Assembly (NCBI GenBank): GCA_964501355.1
Contig: CAZCSM010000004.1
Span: forward strand, 3,340-67,339
Length of the DNA stretch: 64,000 bases
Direction of reading: 5' to 3'
DNA from: an uncultured Candidatus Saccharibacteria bacterium
Lineage (GTDB): Bacteria > Patescibacteriota > Dojkabacteria > CAZCSM01
Shown piece after piece: positions 10,394 through 20,025 of the stretch; the stretch's first letter is position 1, and the number at the start of each line of letters is the position of its first letter. Below the pieces are notes generated by a model, which saw nothing but the letters and a program-made list of their open reading frames with translations, was not told where the DNA came from and did not search any database. A program made the translations under genes and the position numbers.

Positions 10394-12007
10394 ATGGAAG
10401 ATCAGGAACAAGCCCCCATTCAGCCTACGCAACTACCAGTTGCTGCTGCACCAATGAATGAACAACCACTGGAGAAATCTCAAAGCAAATCCGGAATACT
10501 AATAATCCTAGTATTATTGCTTCTACTCCTAGCAGGAATAGCCGGTATTTTTGCATATGCCTTCCTGAGCAACAAGAACATCCCTATCATTTCGGATATT
10601 GTTGAACAGGTAGAAAATGTGGCAGTTAGTGATGAGCAGTTCGCAGAGATGGTTCAGGACCAACTTAGCGAAGCTATTTTTTCCACAATAGAAAAAACGA
10701 GCTCGGTAGCGGCAACCGAAGCAATTGTTGAAATTGATGCATCAGAAGAGTTCTTAAATAATTATGCAGAATCAACAACAAAAGGATTATCCTCATATCG
10801 TTTCGACAGCATGATTGACATGCAGATTACCACAGAGGATGACTATTATCCTGTTGACCTAGGAATACAATTAAGTATGGATGGAGCAGTTCAAGCAAAT
10901 GGTGACACGTTGAAGCTCGAAACAAATATTTATGGAGAGTACGCTGAAGCGGAAACAAACTTGATATTTGACGGGAACATCAAAGCTCTCGGAGAGGTTC
11001 TCTATTTCAAGATTAACGAGTTACCCGACTTTGGAGTCGATCTAGATGAGTTTCTAAATACATGGTACTTCCTGGATATTACGGAAGAAGAAGACTTAGT
11101 CACGGGTCTTAAAGAAAGCCAAGGACTGGAAACAGATGATAGTATTTCAGAGGATGATCTAGAGAAACTTAACCAGCTTATTACAGGAGAAACCATTAAA
11201 GCAAACATCGTTCGATTGCCAGACATGGTGTTGGAAGATGAAGAGAAATTTGGCGAATCAACTGGGACAAGGACAAATTGCTTCGAACTTAATCTAGATG
11301 GAGACGATATTGTCGCCCTGGTCGAGGAAATTGAAAAAATTTGGGAAGTCACTGATGCGGAAAAAACTTCGAGCTCAGATAAGGCTGAAATCAAAAACAC
11401 ATTTCAAGAGGTCAGTATGGGCGCATGTGTAGGACGACAGGATCATCAAGTATACAAATACATGTTCGACGTTGCTTTGGACTCAGAGGGAACAGCATAT
11501 GCAATGAATGGATGGTCCGAAATGTGGGATCACAATAAAGATGTTAATATTGCGGAACCTACCGATGCCATTAACTTCGAAGATGCAATCGGAGATATAC
11601 TTAATACTGTAACACCAGAACCATATGGCCCTGCTGCCCAATTATCGAGCACGAGAAATACAATTCGAAAATCTGATATTAATGCCATGCTTCAAGCAGC
11701 AAGTCTCTACACTATTGATAATGACGGAGAATTCCCCACTATCAATGGTGAGCCGATGAAGACATTAACCATTGAAGATGGTTATGCCTACTGTGAAGAA
11801 TGGGGAGAATGTTTTGCTACAGATCTTGATGAAATCGCAGATGGATTTGGTGCCTACTTAACAGAAATCCCACTGGACCCTCAATATGATATGGACTATC
11901 TGATTGGAGTTGACGATTCAACAAATCCAATGCATATAATAGTAGCAACAAATTATATGGAAGAAGGAGATGATCAGGTCGGTACACTATACTATCTGGA
12001 ATATTAA
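10394..12007 (+). CDS. Membrane-anchored acidic surface protein with C-terminal pilin-like domain
   Basis: N-terminal TM; C-terminal RNTIRKSDINAMLQAASLY...EIPLDP resembles a pilin/GspG globular domain. Confidence 0.7.
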   Translation: MEDQEQAPIQPTQLPVAAAPMNEQPLEKSQSKSGILIILVLLLLLLAGIAGIFAYAFLSNKNIPIISDIVEQVENVAVSDEQFAEMVQDQLSEAIFSTIEKTSSVAATEAIVEIDASEEFLNNYAESTTKGLSSYRFDSMIDMQITTEDDYYPVDLGIQLSMDGAVQANGDTLKLETNIYGEYAEAETNLIFDGNIKALGEVLYFKINELPDFGVDLDEFLNTWYFLDITEEEDLVTGLKESQGLETDDSISEDDLEKLNQLITGETIKANIVRLPDMVLEDEEKFGESTGTRTNCFELNLDGDDIVALVEEIEKIWEVTDAEKTSSSDKAEIKNTFQEVSMGACVGRQDHQVYKYMFDVALDSEGTAYAMNGWSEMWDHNKDVNIAEPTDAINFEDAIGDILNTVTPEPYGPAAQLSSTRNTIRKSDINAMLQAASLYTIDNDGEFPTINGEPMKTLTIEDGYAYCEEWGECFATDLDEIADGFGAYLTEIPLDPQYDMDYLIGVDDSTNPMHIIVATNYMEEGDDQVGTLYYLEY

Positions 12008-12025
12008 AAGGATCTTTATAGACTG

Positions 12026-12052
12026 AAACACCAGCAGTTGCTGGTGTTTTTT
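12026..12052 (+). terminator. Intrinsic terminator
   Basis: AAACACCAGC-AGTT-GCTGGTGTTT followed by T run. Confidence 0.8.
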
Positions 12053-12156
12053 ATTTCTTCTATTTTTCTATAATAATATCAGCCAATAATCCTTCTTAAG
12101 GACAGAAGAGTCATGAATAAAATATCGTTGAGTTTGGGGATTACATTTTAATTTCT

Positions 12157-12170
12157 CAAATGGTGGGCCT
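12157..12170. repeat. att site, tRNA-distal copy
   Basis: CAAATGGTGGGCCT, identical to 25719-25732. Confidence 0.85.
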
Positions 12171-12293
12171 CTTGATGGGGTTTTACAACTTTTAGAACAC
12201 TTCAAAAAGTTCTACGAAGAGACAATTAGCTTTTCACAATACATTCCAGAACTGAAAAAATATACGACCAACAATTCCTTGCTGGCCGCATAG
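12171..12293 (+). other. Displaced 3' segment of the serine recombinase ORF (40 codons ending LAA-stop)
   Basis: Open and in frame with the recombinase across the att core: LDGVLQLLEHFKKFYEETISFSQYIPELKKYTTNNSLLAA, then TAG TAA. Confidence 0.7.
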
Positions 12294-12294
12294 T

Positions 12295-12508
12295 AATACC
12301 TAAAAATTCAATTGAATTTACGACTCAATAAGCATTGGCATAACTTCGGCAATAAAAGCCTGTGAATCCTCTTCTGACACACCACATTCATTCATGATTG
12401 GAATACCTAAAAATTCAATTGAATTTACGACTCAATAAGCATTGGCATAACTTCGGCAATAAAAGCCTGTGAATCCTCTTCTGACACACCACATTCATTC
12501 ATGATTGG
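12295..12508. repeat. Perfect tandem duplication, 2 x 107 bp
   Basis: 12295-12401 is identical to 12402-12508. Confidence 0.9.
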
Positions 12509-12745
12509 AATGCTCGTCATAACAATATCCAACATTGCTGCACTAGAATCTAATTCACCAGCTCTAAATTTAGCCGTCAAAGTAGCTAATTCCTCCACTC
12601 TCCCTGTTCTATACAACTCATGTAGGAACCTCCCAGCCATATCTGGCTGTCCTTGGCAAATTTGAGACAGTGTTTCGACATCAGCTTCAGCTAGAAGTTG
12701 CTGTTCATTTTGGGCAGGGAAAAAAGTAAAATCGGCTTTTCCCAT
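12425..12745 (-). CDS. Hypothetical protein (island)
   Basis: 106-aa ORF; its 3' end lies in the duplicated unit. Confidence 0.55.
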   Translation of the reverse strand: MGKADFTFFPAQNEQQLLAEADVETLSQICQGQPDMAGRFLHELYRTGRVEELATLTAKFRAGELDSSAAMLDIVMTSIPIMNECGVSEEDSQAFIAEVMPMLIES

Positions 12746-12795
12746 AACGAGAAGCTTGCTTAATTAAAGTGTGAGGATTATATAAGCTTTTGGAG

Positions 12796-12993
12796 CTATT
12801 CGTCAAATCTCGTGTCTATTGCAAAAGGAACAATTTTGATTCGACTATTTATTTTAATTAACACCTGAAATAATCCAACAAGGTTAGAAAAAGCTTCCCG
12901 AGATTCTTCGTATGAATAATCAACTCCATAGTTTGCTTTCATACTTTTCTGATAATCTCGGACGGTTTCATCAGAAATAGGAATGAGGGGCAT
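12796..12993 (-). CDS. Small hypothetical protein (island)
   Basis: 65-aa helical ORF directly downstream of the M48 gene. Confidence 0.6.
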   Translation of the reverse strand: MPLIPISDETVRDYQKSMKANYGVDYSYEESREAFSNLVGLFQVLIKINSRIKIVPFAIDTRFDE

Positions 12994-13009
12994 TGTCGTA
13001 ATGACTAAA

Positions 13010-13726
13010 CTAAACCATTACTAACTCTAGTCTTTCTTTTAGTTCTTTCCAATTAGGCAGTTGTTTTTCAAGAACTTCGAAGTAATCCTTACTATGATTC
13101 GGGTGAACTAAATGACAAAGTTCATGAACTATCACATAATCAACACATGACTTAGGGGCTTTAATAAGTTCAGGGTTTAATGATATCAGCCCACCATTAG
13201 AACAGCTCCCCCACTTTCTCGAAAGTCTCTTCATTTGCAACCGTGGTTTCTTACCTACTTTTTGCTTCTTTATAAATGATTCCGACAATTCCTCGAAACG
13301 CTCTTGGAAAATTCTTTTTGCATTTCGCTCATACCATTGAGAAAGCAAAAGCTTTACATAATCTTTATTATCAACACTTGTTTCAACTACTAATCGGCCT
13401 CTATAAAGTTTTATGTTGGAATCTTTTGATTTCTTAATTTTCAACATATATTGACGGCCGAGATATTTATGTGTTTCGCCATTAACATATTCTCGTTTCG
13501 GAGTTCTAGGAAGAAACTTTTCGAAATACTGTTGTTGCTTCTTTATCCAGGCTCCTCGTTTTTTCAACCGTTCTTGAATTTGACCCAAACTCGCTGTTAT
13601 GGGGGCTTTAACTTCAACGGTAAGGTCTGGATAAACGTCAATAGACAAAGTCTTTCTGCTTTCTTGTTGCAATGTGAAAGGAATCTCTAGCGAACCATAT
13701 TTTATAATATGACGAGAAAGTTTCAT
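13010..13726 (-). CDS. YgjP/DUF45-like (M48/SprT) zinc metallohydrolase
   Basis: KWGSCS, YVIVHELCHL..NHS; usual neighbour of hsdR. Confidence 0.9.
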   Translation of the reverse strand: MKLSRHIIKYGSLEIPFTLQQESRKTLSIDVYPDLTVEVKAPITASLGQIQERLKKRGAWIKKQQQYFEKFLPRTPKREYVNGETHKYLGRQYMLKIKKSKDSNIKLYRGRLVVETSVDNKDYVKLLLSQWYERNAKRIFQERFEELSESFIKKQKVGKKPRLQMKRLSRKWGSCSNGGLISLNPELIKAPKSCVDYVIVHELCHLVHPNHSKDYFEVLEKQLPNWKELKERLELVMV

Positions 13727-16700
13727 TTATATCTATTCTTTGCTACTTCAATTGAAGTATCGATAATCTCATCCATTTCATCAAAGCTTATTCTAAGATT
13801 TAGACTCTTGTTAAGTTCATATAGATATTCATCAATCGCAGTTCGCATTTTATTCTGAACATCAACATTGCTCTGGAAATCAACAATCTTATATTTCTTT
13901 ATAATCTCATCTATCGCTACTCCAATTTCCGCTGATAACTGTTTGTTATCTGTATTCTCAACGGCCTTTCGATTAATAACAGCACCCGCCACACCATAAA
14001 ATGCTTTTGCATTGTCATTACCCTCAAGTATGGAAGGCGTGTCATCACCCTTTCTCTCAAGAACATTGCCAACCATCTCCTTCATTCTTTGCAGATATTC
14101 AGCATCCGTAATACGCTTATCTCGATATTCTTTTATTGTTTCTTCTAACAAGTCAGAAAACTTTTTGTAATATGTCGGGTCTTCGTTCATCTTCTCCGTT
14201 AACGTTTTTTTCAATCGACTTGCCATAGTATCAGCCTGAGCAGCTGTACCCTCAATACCTTCAACCTCTTGTTGAAACTTGTCTTTATCAAAAATGTTTA
14301 CCTGTTCTGTTATTTGAATAACCTCGTCTGTAGTAATATGCGTATCAATAAGCTTCTGAATTTGTGCTTCATATTGTTTGTAATCAATATCATCCGAGTA
14401 TCGCTGCTTTACAGAAACCCTCAATTTCAAGAAGAACCTAGAATCATTTTTGTACATATTAACCTCATCTTCTGGAACTTGTTCCTCAAATTCTAGTGTT
14501 GATAAAGCAAGTTTTAGTGTCCTTGCAAATTTGGATAATGAATCATAAAAATCATTTCTCAATTCATCATCTGCAAGAAGCTGTTCATATTCTTCTAAAT
14601 CCTGTCTGTTCTGAATTACATTAAATATGTCCCAAACTTCTGAATGATACTGTTTCAGATTTGCAATTTCTTCTTTGACGTTTGTCAGCGTTCCGATTAA
14701 ATCCTCTTCATCGAAACTAGAAAGCGAACTATACGTTGTCAAAGCTTTATCTAGTTCCCCCAATATTCCGTAATAATCGATAATGTAACCGTAATCTTTT
14801 CCCGTATGAACACGGTTAACCCTTGCGATGGCCTGAAGCAAGGTGTGTTCTTTCAAACTTCTGGTTATGTAAAGAACAGTATTTCTCGGAGCATCAAAAC
14901 CTGTTAACAACTTATCAACAACAATTATTAACTCTGGCTCATCACTTTTCTTAAAAGCATCAATCAGCTGTCTGTTATACCTTTCTTCATTTCCGTACTT
15001 ATCCATCATGGAATGCCAAAATCTCAAAACAACGTCCTCAGATTCACTAAAAATATCTTCATGACCTTCCCTCGTATCGGGGCCAGAAATAAGGACGTCC
15101 GATTTAATAATCCCGATTCTATCGAAGAACTGTTTATATTTGACGGCAGCAGCTTTTGAAGGAGCTGTTAATTGTGCTTTATATTCTGTTCCTTGCCAAT
15201 TATCTCGGAAATGTTCACTTACATCCCAAGCTATCGCATAGAGCTTTTGTTCAGCTTCGTTTAGTTGGTCTGCTCGACTGAATTTATCTTTTAATACTCC
15301 TGCCTGCTTTTCTGTTAGTGGTTGAGATATTCGGTCAAAATATGTATCAATAGGTTTTCTATTTACATCCTGAACAGCTAAACGGCCTTCATACAGCAAA
15401 GGGACAACCGCTTTATCTTTGACAGCTTGGTCTATGGTGTACTTATCTATAATACCCCCAAACTTCTGTGCTGTATTCTTATCCTTTTTCAGCAAAGGTG
15501 TCCCCGTGAAGCCAATATAGCAAGCATTAGGAAGAACTTTCTGCATTTTTACATTTGCTGTACCGTATTGACTCCTGTGACTTTCATCTACAAGGACAAA
15601 GATTTCTGAAGATTCATTAACAGTAACTTGCCTTTCAAGTCCCGATTCGAACTTGTCGATTACTGTTGTAATGATGTCATATTTTGGCTTTTCGACAAGC
15701 TTCATCAATTCCTTTCCACTGCTAGCCTTTACAACTTCTTTTCCACAATCGTTAAATGTGTCATGTATCTGCTTATCTAAATCAACTCTATCAGTCACAA
15801 CAACTATCTTTGAGTTCGAATAATCCAAAGCAAGAGACTTGGCAAGCATAACCATTGTTAAAGACTTTCCGCTTCCTTGGGTGTGCCAAATTACACCACC
15901 TTTTCTTCTTCCTTGCTCTAAATTCTTAACCTTTCTTAAGGTTTTCTTCACTGCAAAATATTGTTGATATCTTGCAATCTTCTTTGTACCAGCATCGTAA
16001 ACAATGAACTTATAAATCAGTTCTAACAGTCTTTCTGGCCTACATAAGCTATACAAATCTCTATCTTGTTTTGTTACCTTTCGTTCTATTTCTTCGAGTA
16101 AATCAAAGTATTGTCGAACGTATCTAAATCTTTCTGTAAACAACCTGTCTTTTACCTCTTCTTGAATTGGTGTGTTTTTCAGTTTTGAAATAACAGTCTC
16201 ATATTCAGACTTTTGCTCATCGTTTTGAAATTGTTCTTTCCATACAGCCCAGAAGTCTTCTGATGTTCCTGTTGTTGCGTACTTTGAATCATTTCCGCTA
16301 GTTGCAATAAGAAGTTGTGAATACTTAAACAGTTGCCTTATCCCGTCTTCCTTTTGGTTTCGTATGTGCTGAGATACAGCCTGCTCTATCGGTTTATCAA
16401 TGTCGGGACGCTTACATTCAATCACGACAAGAGGGATTCCATTCACATAGAGGACAATGTCAGGTCTGTAATGTTCGTGTAGTCCAGTTCTCTCTACTTC
16501 CAGTTCCTCGGTTACATGATACTCATTATTCTCGGGATTTTCCCAATCAATGTATTGAAGGGTAAAGCTCTTGCGGTCTCCGTCTACATTCTGTTCAAAA
16601 CTTTTCCCCATAACGAGCAAATCAAAGACATTCTCGCTTGCAACCATTAATCCTTCATTCAAAGGTACTTCTCGGAGAGCATCAATTGCACGCTGAATAT

Positions 16701-16923
16701 TTGAATCTGAAAATTCATGCTCTGAGCCCTTGAAAGAAAATCTGTTCAACTTCTTTAACTGTTGCTCCAGAATATCCTGAAGTAACACTTTTCGTGTCGA
16801 ATTGCCTCGAAGCTGAAGAGCTTCTTCTTGGGATAAATATTTGTAACCCATATTCACCAAAAGCTGCAATGCAGGGATTTGAGAAATATGGTCTTCTTTG
16901 AATGATGGTGTCGTTATTTTCAT
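13723..16923 (-). CDS. hsdR: Type I restriction enzyme R subunit
   Basis: PD...IECK nuclease motif, HTQGSGKS, DESHR, GFTGTP, LLTGFD, QAIARVNR. Confidence 0.97.
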   Translation of the reverse strand: MKITTPSFKEDHISQIPALQLLVNMGYKYLSQEEALQLRGNSTRKVLLQDILEQQLKKLNRFSFKGSEHEFSDSNIQRAIDALREVPLNEGLMVASENVFDLLVMGKSFEQNVDGDRKSFTLQYIDWENPENNEYHVTEELEVERTGLHEHYRPDIVLYVNGIPLVVIECKRPDIDKPIEQAVSQHIRNQKEDGIRQLFKYSQLLIATSGNDSKYATTGTSEDFWAVWKEQFQNDEQKSEYETVISKLKNTPIQEEVKDRLFTERFRYVRQYFDLLEEIERKVTKQDRDLYSLCRPERLLELIYKFIVYDAGTKKIARYQQYFAVKKTLRKVKNLEQGRRKGGVIWHTQGSGKSLTMVMLAKSLALDYSNSKIVVVTDRVDLDKQIHDTFNDCGKEVVKASSGKELMKLVEKPKYDIITTVIDKFESGLERQVTVNESSEIFVLVDESHRSQYGTANVKMQKVLPNACYIGFTGTPLLKKDKNTAQKFGGIIDKYTIDQAVKDKAVVPLLYEGRLAVQDVNRKPIDTYFDRISQPLTEKQAGVLKDKFSRADQLNEAEQKLYAIAWDVSEHFRDNWQGTEYKAQLTAPSKAAAVKYKQFFDRIGIIKSDVLISGPDTREGHEDIFSESEDVVLRFWHSMMDKYGNEERYNRQLIDAFKKSDEPELIIVVDKLLTGFDAPRNTVLYITRSLKEHTLLQAIARVNRVHTGKDYGYIIDYYGILGELDKALTTYSSLSSFDEEDLIGTLTNVKEEIANLKQYHSEVWDIFNVIQNRQDLEEYEQLLADDELRNDFYDSLSKFARTLKLALSTLEFEEQVPEDEVNMYKNDSRFFLKLRVSVKQRYSDDIDYKQYEAQIQKLIDTHITTDEVIQITEQVNIFDKDKFQQEVEGIEGTAAQADTMASRLKKTLTEKMNEDPTYYKKFSDLLEETIKEYRDKRITDAEYLQRMKEMVGNVLERKGDDTPSILEGNDNAKAFYGVAGAVINRKAVENTDNKQLSAEIGVAIDEIIKKYKIVDFQSNVDVQNKMRTAIDEYLYELNKSLNLRISFDEMDEIIDTSIEVAKNRYK

Positions 16924-17519
16924 TCTTTCTTCAGGTTATTTATTTTCTGTTCTAATTCATTAAGCCTACTCTCAAAAGGCTCATACTTTTTTAACTCTTC
17001 ATTTTCAAATCTATCTTTCAGTCGACTAAATTCCTCATTTAATGAAGTTAATTTACAGACATCCTCGTCTTTGGCAGAATTTGTAAAATACCCTCCAACT
17101 GAAATCAAAAAGATAGATAAAAGAGATACAGCAATAAACTTGAAAGTGGCCCTCTTCTCTCTACGACTATTAACCGTATAATCAAGAAGCAACACAAACA
17201 GTGCAAGAAGCCCTCCCAAAACAAGACTTAACCCTAGAACCCTATTGAAATCACAAACACTTTTAATTATCTGAACTTCGATAAGAAGAAATGCAACAAT
17301 CGAAGCAAATATTCCCAAAACAGAGATATAATCAGCCGTTACTGAACTTCGAGTATCTTCAATATTATTTTTTAACTCTTGCTTAAGTTCGTCTAAATCA
17401 TCAAAGGTAACTGCCGTCTGTTCGTTTCCGCTTGTTAGCGGTCGACGAAAAACCTGCTCAAATAAGCTTTCACGCTCAGTCTCTACTTTATTATGAATAT
17501 CTCTATTATTCTTCGGCAT
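16920..17519 (-). CDS. Three-TM membrane protein inserted in the hsd operon
   Basis: Three hydrophobic helices flanked by coiled coils; overlaps both neighbours. Confidence 0.7.
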   Translation of the reverse strand: MPKNNRDIHNKVETERESLFEQVFRRPLTSGNEQTAVTFDDLDELKQELKNNIEDTRSSVTADYISVLGIFASIVAFLLIEVQIIKSVCDFNRVLGLSLVLGGLLALFVLLLDYTVNSRREKRATFKFIAVSLLSIFLISVGGYFTNSAKDEDVCKLTSLNEEFSRLKDRFENEELKKYEPFESRLNELEQKINNLKKE

Positions 17520-17772
17520 AATTTTCTACATCTGGCATTAAAGCTTTAACAGCAAAAAAATACACTCTTCCCGTCTTATTCCCTACTACAGCAATCATTG
17601 GAAGGCTGGGACCCCCAATAACAAAAGATGAGGACATCTCTTTCTGAAAAGGACTATTAAAGAAACCGTCCACTAAAGTAAGCCCCTCAGGTTCAGTAAA
17701 CCCTAAGAAGCTCTTCCTTTCGTCAATTGCACCTACCAATTTATCTTTAACTTTCTCAAACTTAACGGTCAT
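17506..17772 (-). CDS. Hypothetical protein inserted in the hsd operon
   Basis: 88-aa ORF between hsdS and the TM gene. Confidence 0.7.
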   Translation of the reverse strand: MTVKFEKVKDKLVGAIDERKSFLGFTEPEGLTLVDGFFNSPFQKEMSSSFVIGGPSLPMIAVVGNKTGRVYFFAVKALMPDVENYAEE

Positions 17773-17793
17773 TCTTTTATTAAAAGAAGTAAT

Positions 17794-19056
17794 TTAACCT
17801 AATTTTACCCTAACCTCACCAGTAAGCAACTTCTGCATCAAACCTTTTTTCTCAAGCTTTAATTTCTCCAGTTCATCCTTCAACAACTCAATCTCCCTAT
17901 CCTGCTCACTCAATAATTCAGCAATTTTCTTTTGTTCTTCAATTGACATTTGCAAAATGGGACAATCGAGAACTTGGTCTTTCCTTAAGTTGGTTTGACT
18001 AACACCATCATCAAACTTCAAATAATATCTGTTGCGATTCAACGTGTAGTATAGATATCTGCTGTCGAGAAAATCATTCACTCTCAGTTTACATATTCGC
18101 TGATTCAGTGCATATTTATTATCCTCCTCAATGTAAAAGCATCGAGCTAAAGCTCGACCATTCGGTATATCGCTCATGACCATCGCAACATCCCCCTTTA
18201 CCAAAGGAAGCAAGTTCTCATTTACGTGCTTTTTGACACGGCCCCCAGTTGAGATAAACTTCGAGTTAACAAGGACATACTTTCCCTCAGAATCTACATA
18301 TGACTCATGAGCCTTTCCATTTTCGAAATCCACCAACAAAAATAACTTCACAACCTCCCAATCCTCAGGAACTTTCCCAATCTTCGTATCAACTAACTTC
18401 TCACTCTTTACAAACTCACTAAACCTCACCTTCCCCGTCAACAAAACCTGCATAAACCCCTTCTTCAATTCCTTTTTCTTCTCAATCAACATCTCAACCA
18501 TCTCAATCGCCTCATCCCAAGCAGAAAGAATCTCAGCAATTTTCTTTTGTTCAGAGATTGGAGGGAAAGGTATTGCAAACCTTCCCAAATCACTATTATT
18601 TATTGAGTTTATGGTTGCACCTAGGTTTCTATGTACTTCTTTTCGATAAATATCTGTATCAAAGACCTGAAACACAAAGTCATTATGTTCACTCCTGTAA
18701 ATTGACATGAATGCACCAAAAGCTTTTCCCTCAACACTCTTGTCAATCAATGCATTTTTACCAATCAGACTCCTACTGCCATTCCTTACACAAATGAGTA
18801 TGTCATTTCCCTTTACTGGATTAACTTTTAAGTTTGATGTATCCACATATACGTTGTCCTTAAATGATAGCTGTCGATTCTGAACATTTGAAGACCTTAA
18901 CACCAACGTCCCCGTATCCCGAACATCTTTAGGAGAGTATGTTAGACCGTTTATCATCTTCCCTATCTCTCTCAAGGTTACCACGTGCCAACTATCAGGA
19001 ATCCAACCTACTTTTGTTTCTTTATAACCTTTTCTATTTTCGTTAACTTTGCTCAT
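17794..19056 (-). CDS. hsdS: Type I R-M specificity subunit
   Basis: Two TRDs with repeated EQKKIAE.LS and KKG.MQ.LLTG conserved regions. Confidence 0.96.
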   Translation of the reverse strand: MSKVNENRKGYKETKVGWIPDSWHVVTLREIGKMINGLTYSPKDVRDTGTLVLRSSNVQNRQLSFKDNVYVDTSNLKVNPVKGNDILICVRNGSRSLIGKNALIDKSVEGKAFGAFMSIYRSEHNDFVFQVFDTDIYRKEVHRNLGATINSINNSDLGRFAIPFPPISEQKKIAEILSAWDEAIEMVEMLIEKKKELKKGFMQVLLTGKVRFSEFVKSEKLVDTKIGKVPEDWEVVKLFLLVDFENGKAHESYVDSEGKYVLVNSKFISTGGRVKKHVNENLLPLVKGDVAMVMSDIPNGRALARCFYIEEDNKYALNQRICKLRVNDFLDSRYLYYTLNRNRYYLKFDDGVSQTNLRKDQVLDCPILQMSIEEQKKIAELLSEQDREIELLKDELEKLKLEKKGLMQKLLTGEVRVKLG

Positions 19057-19087
19057 TAAAACTTATTAAAACTCAAGAATTTTACAA

Positions 19088-19116
19088 TTGTAAAACAATT
19101 TAACATGTAGTATAAT
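19088..19116 (+). promoter_or_regulatory. Sigma70-type promoter pointing at the NYN gene 3' end
   Basis: TTGTAA-N17-TATAAT. Confidence 0.6.
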
Positions 19117-19121
19117 CTTAA

Positions 19122-19187
19122 CAGCCTTGCAAAAGGCAACAAAACATTGGCTTAGGGGCTTTGATATACAGAGTCCCTTTTGCATTT
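19122..19187 (+). ncRNA. Candidate ~65-nt small RNA
   Basis: Promoter, GCCTT-GCAA-AAGGC hairpin, then terminator AGGGGCTTTG-ATATA-CAGAGTCCCT-TTT; no ORF. Confidence 0.5.
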
Positions 19188-19940
19188 TTATCCCCCAATC
19201 TCTTTACTCCAACAAATAAAGTCCTTAATCTTTTTCAATTCAAAAACAAAAGAACCCGTCTGGGATAATTCAATGGAAATCCTACGGGATGTTGCAAATA
19301 TTATTGCATTCTTCCCCTTAGTTTTGAGATGTTCAATGGTATCAGCGAAATCGCTATCACCACTCCACAAAACAAAATTTTCTATAGATTCATCCTGAAT
19401 ATTATCAATCAACATATCCGAAGCAAGCTCAACATCAAAATTACACTTCAGATGCTTAATGTGTGTAATTCCCTGTCGATTCAGTTCAAGAAGCCTCTCA
19501 TTCAGAAATTCTATTGTTTCCAAATCAAACTTACCCAACAATGCTTTATCAATATAATCTTTTATAACAAAGGGAGAATCAATTGGAGTTCCCGTCATAT
19601 CAATTGAGAGGTTCATTTCTTTAACAGGTTTCGTTCTTACCACATATCCCCATTTTTCTAAATCTTCAACCGTTTTACGAGAGTCTTCATTCCCATTCAA
19701 CACACCCTGATACACAACAACCTTATTTACATTTGTGTATGACCTTAATAATTGAATCAATCTTTTAAAATCTATATGCCATCCCAATTTCTTCTGCCAA
19801 TGAAAAACATTGGCATAGTCGATGTAGATATTTGTTTTCTTCGTAAAAGATTTTGAAAGGAACTCTATCTTTTTAGGATATTTTTCTGCTAATTTTGCAA
19901 TTCTATCTGTACTAGGATTGAATATTTCTTTTTTTGCCAT
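19188..19940 (-). CDS. NYN/LabA (PIN-like) domain ribonuclease
   Basis: IYIDYANV, KCNFDVELASD, WSGDSDF acidic motifs. Confidence 0.88.
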   Translation of the reverse strand: MAKKEIFNPSTDRIAKLAEKYPKKIEFLSKSFTKKTNIYIDYANVFHWQKKLGWHIDFKRLIQLLRSYTNVNKVVVYQGVLNGNEDSRKTVEDLEKWGYVVRTKPVKEMNLSIDMTGTPIDSPFVIKDYIDKALLGKFDLETIEFLNERLLELNRQGITHIKHLKCNFDVELASDMLIDNIQDESIENFVLWSGDSDFADTIEHLKTKGKNAIIFATSRRISIELSQTGSFVFELKKIKDFICWSKEIGG

Positions 19941-20025
19941 TGAACTATAACCAAATAAATGTAAAAATGTCTTACATCAGGGGGAAAAGACTTTGAGGTT
20001 CCGTCCTCAAAGCAACACCCCCATT

